A stretch of DNA of 64,000 bases from Thalia democratica (lineage: Eukaryota), in contig OZ241827.1 in assembly GCA_965202585.1 (NCBI GenBank), forward strand, positions 20,460,001 through 20,524,000, given 5' to 3'. Made by a program: the position numbers and the translations under genes. This document shows positions 63,610 to 64,000 of this stretch, piece by piece (positions within the stretch are counted from its first letter, which is position 1; every line of letters starts with the position of its first letter). The notes beneath the pieces were generated by a model. The model had not been told where the DNA came from and did no database searches. It saw only the letters and a list, made by a program, of their open reading frames with translations.

Positions 63610-64000
63610 TTTCCCATTTTTTGACCCTACTTTTCTAATTTGCTGTTGAAAAATAAACCTCTATTTTTTGAATATGAATGTTTTTTATCGTTTTATGCGA
63701 CTATATCTAACAAACAAATTAGTAAGTTTATTCTAATATATCAAAAAAATATTATAATGAGAGTTAAAAGCGAAATTACCAACTAATATTGTTAATTTGT
63801 TACTAACTATATTTACACACAGTTTAAGAACTGATTGTAATTAAACAATTGTTTTAGCAAAATTTACTACTTTTTTAGTTTTAGCTAGTTTTAAAATAAA
63901 AATGTTAGAAATTTACGATGTAAAATTAAATAAAAACCTCAAAATCACATGTATAATACTTTTCAAATTAAAAACAGAATACCTATACTTTTGATTAGTG

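Overview
A very AT-rich (roughly 24% GC by eye) eukaryotic window with spliceosomal introns, from an invertebrate animal. A tunicate is plausible from the ~58-nt minimal introns and the orphan 7TM type, but that is inference. (1) 1.3-24.3 kb is a degenerate macro-satellite of ~0.6-0.8 kb units, each with a variable 30/31-bp minisatellite. Its polarity flips once, near 14.3 kb. It is interrupted by a hAT-type element, a Penelope-like GIY-YIG remnant with a minimal hammerhead ribozyme, and a LINE-like 3' end. (2) 26.2-38.8 kb (+) is an intact PEPT1/2-type proton-oligopeptide transporter gene (SLC15) with 19 shared coding exons, all phase-consistent by manual translation. It appears to have two alternative N-termini. 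The distal one is built from three tiny exons. The proximal one encodes an acidic dileucine motif (EDRPLL) and lies 147 bp downstream of a perfect CLEAR/TFEB site (GTCACGTGAC). This suggests a promoter-switched lysosomal isoform and is the most interesting signal here. (3) 44-56 kb (-) holds an orphan coiled-coil gene, an orphan signal-peptide exon, a second hAT-type element, an intronless orphan 7TM receptor-like gene and a Tc1/mariner MITE. (4) 56.9-63.4 kb is a recent ~3.28-kb tandem duplication that ends inside a non-autonomous element. No rRNA, tRNA or CRISPR array was seen.
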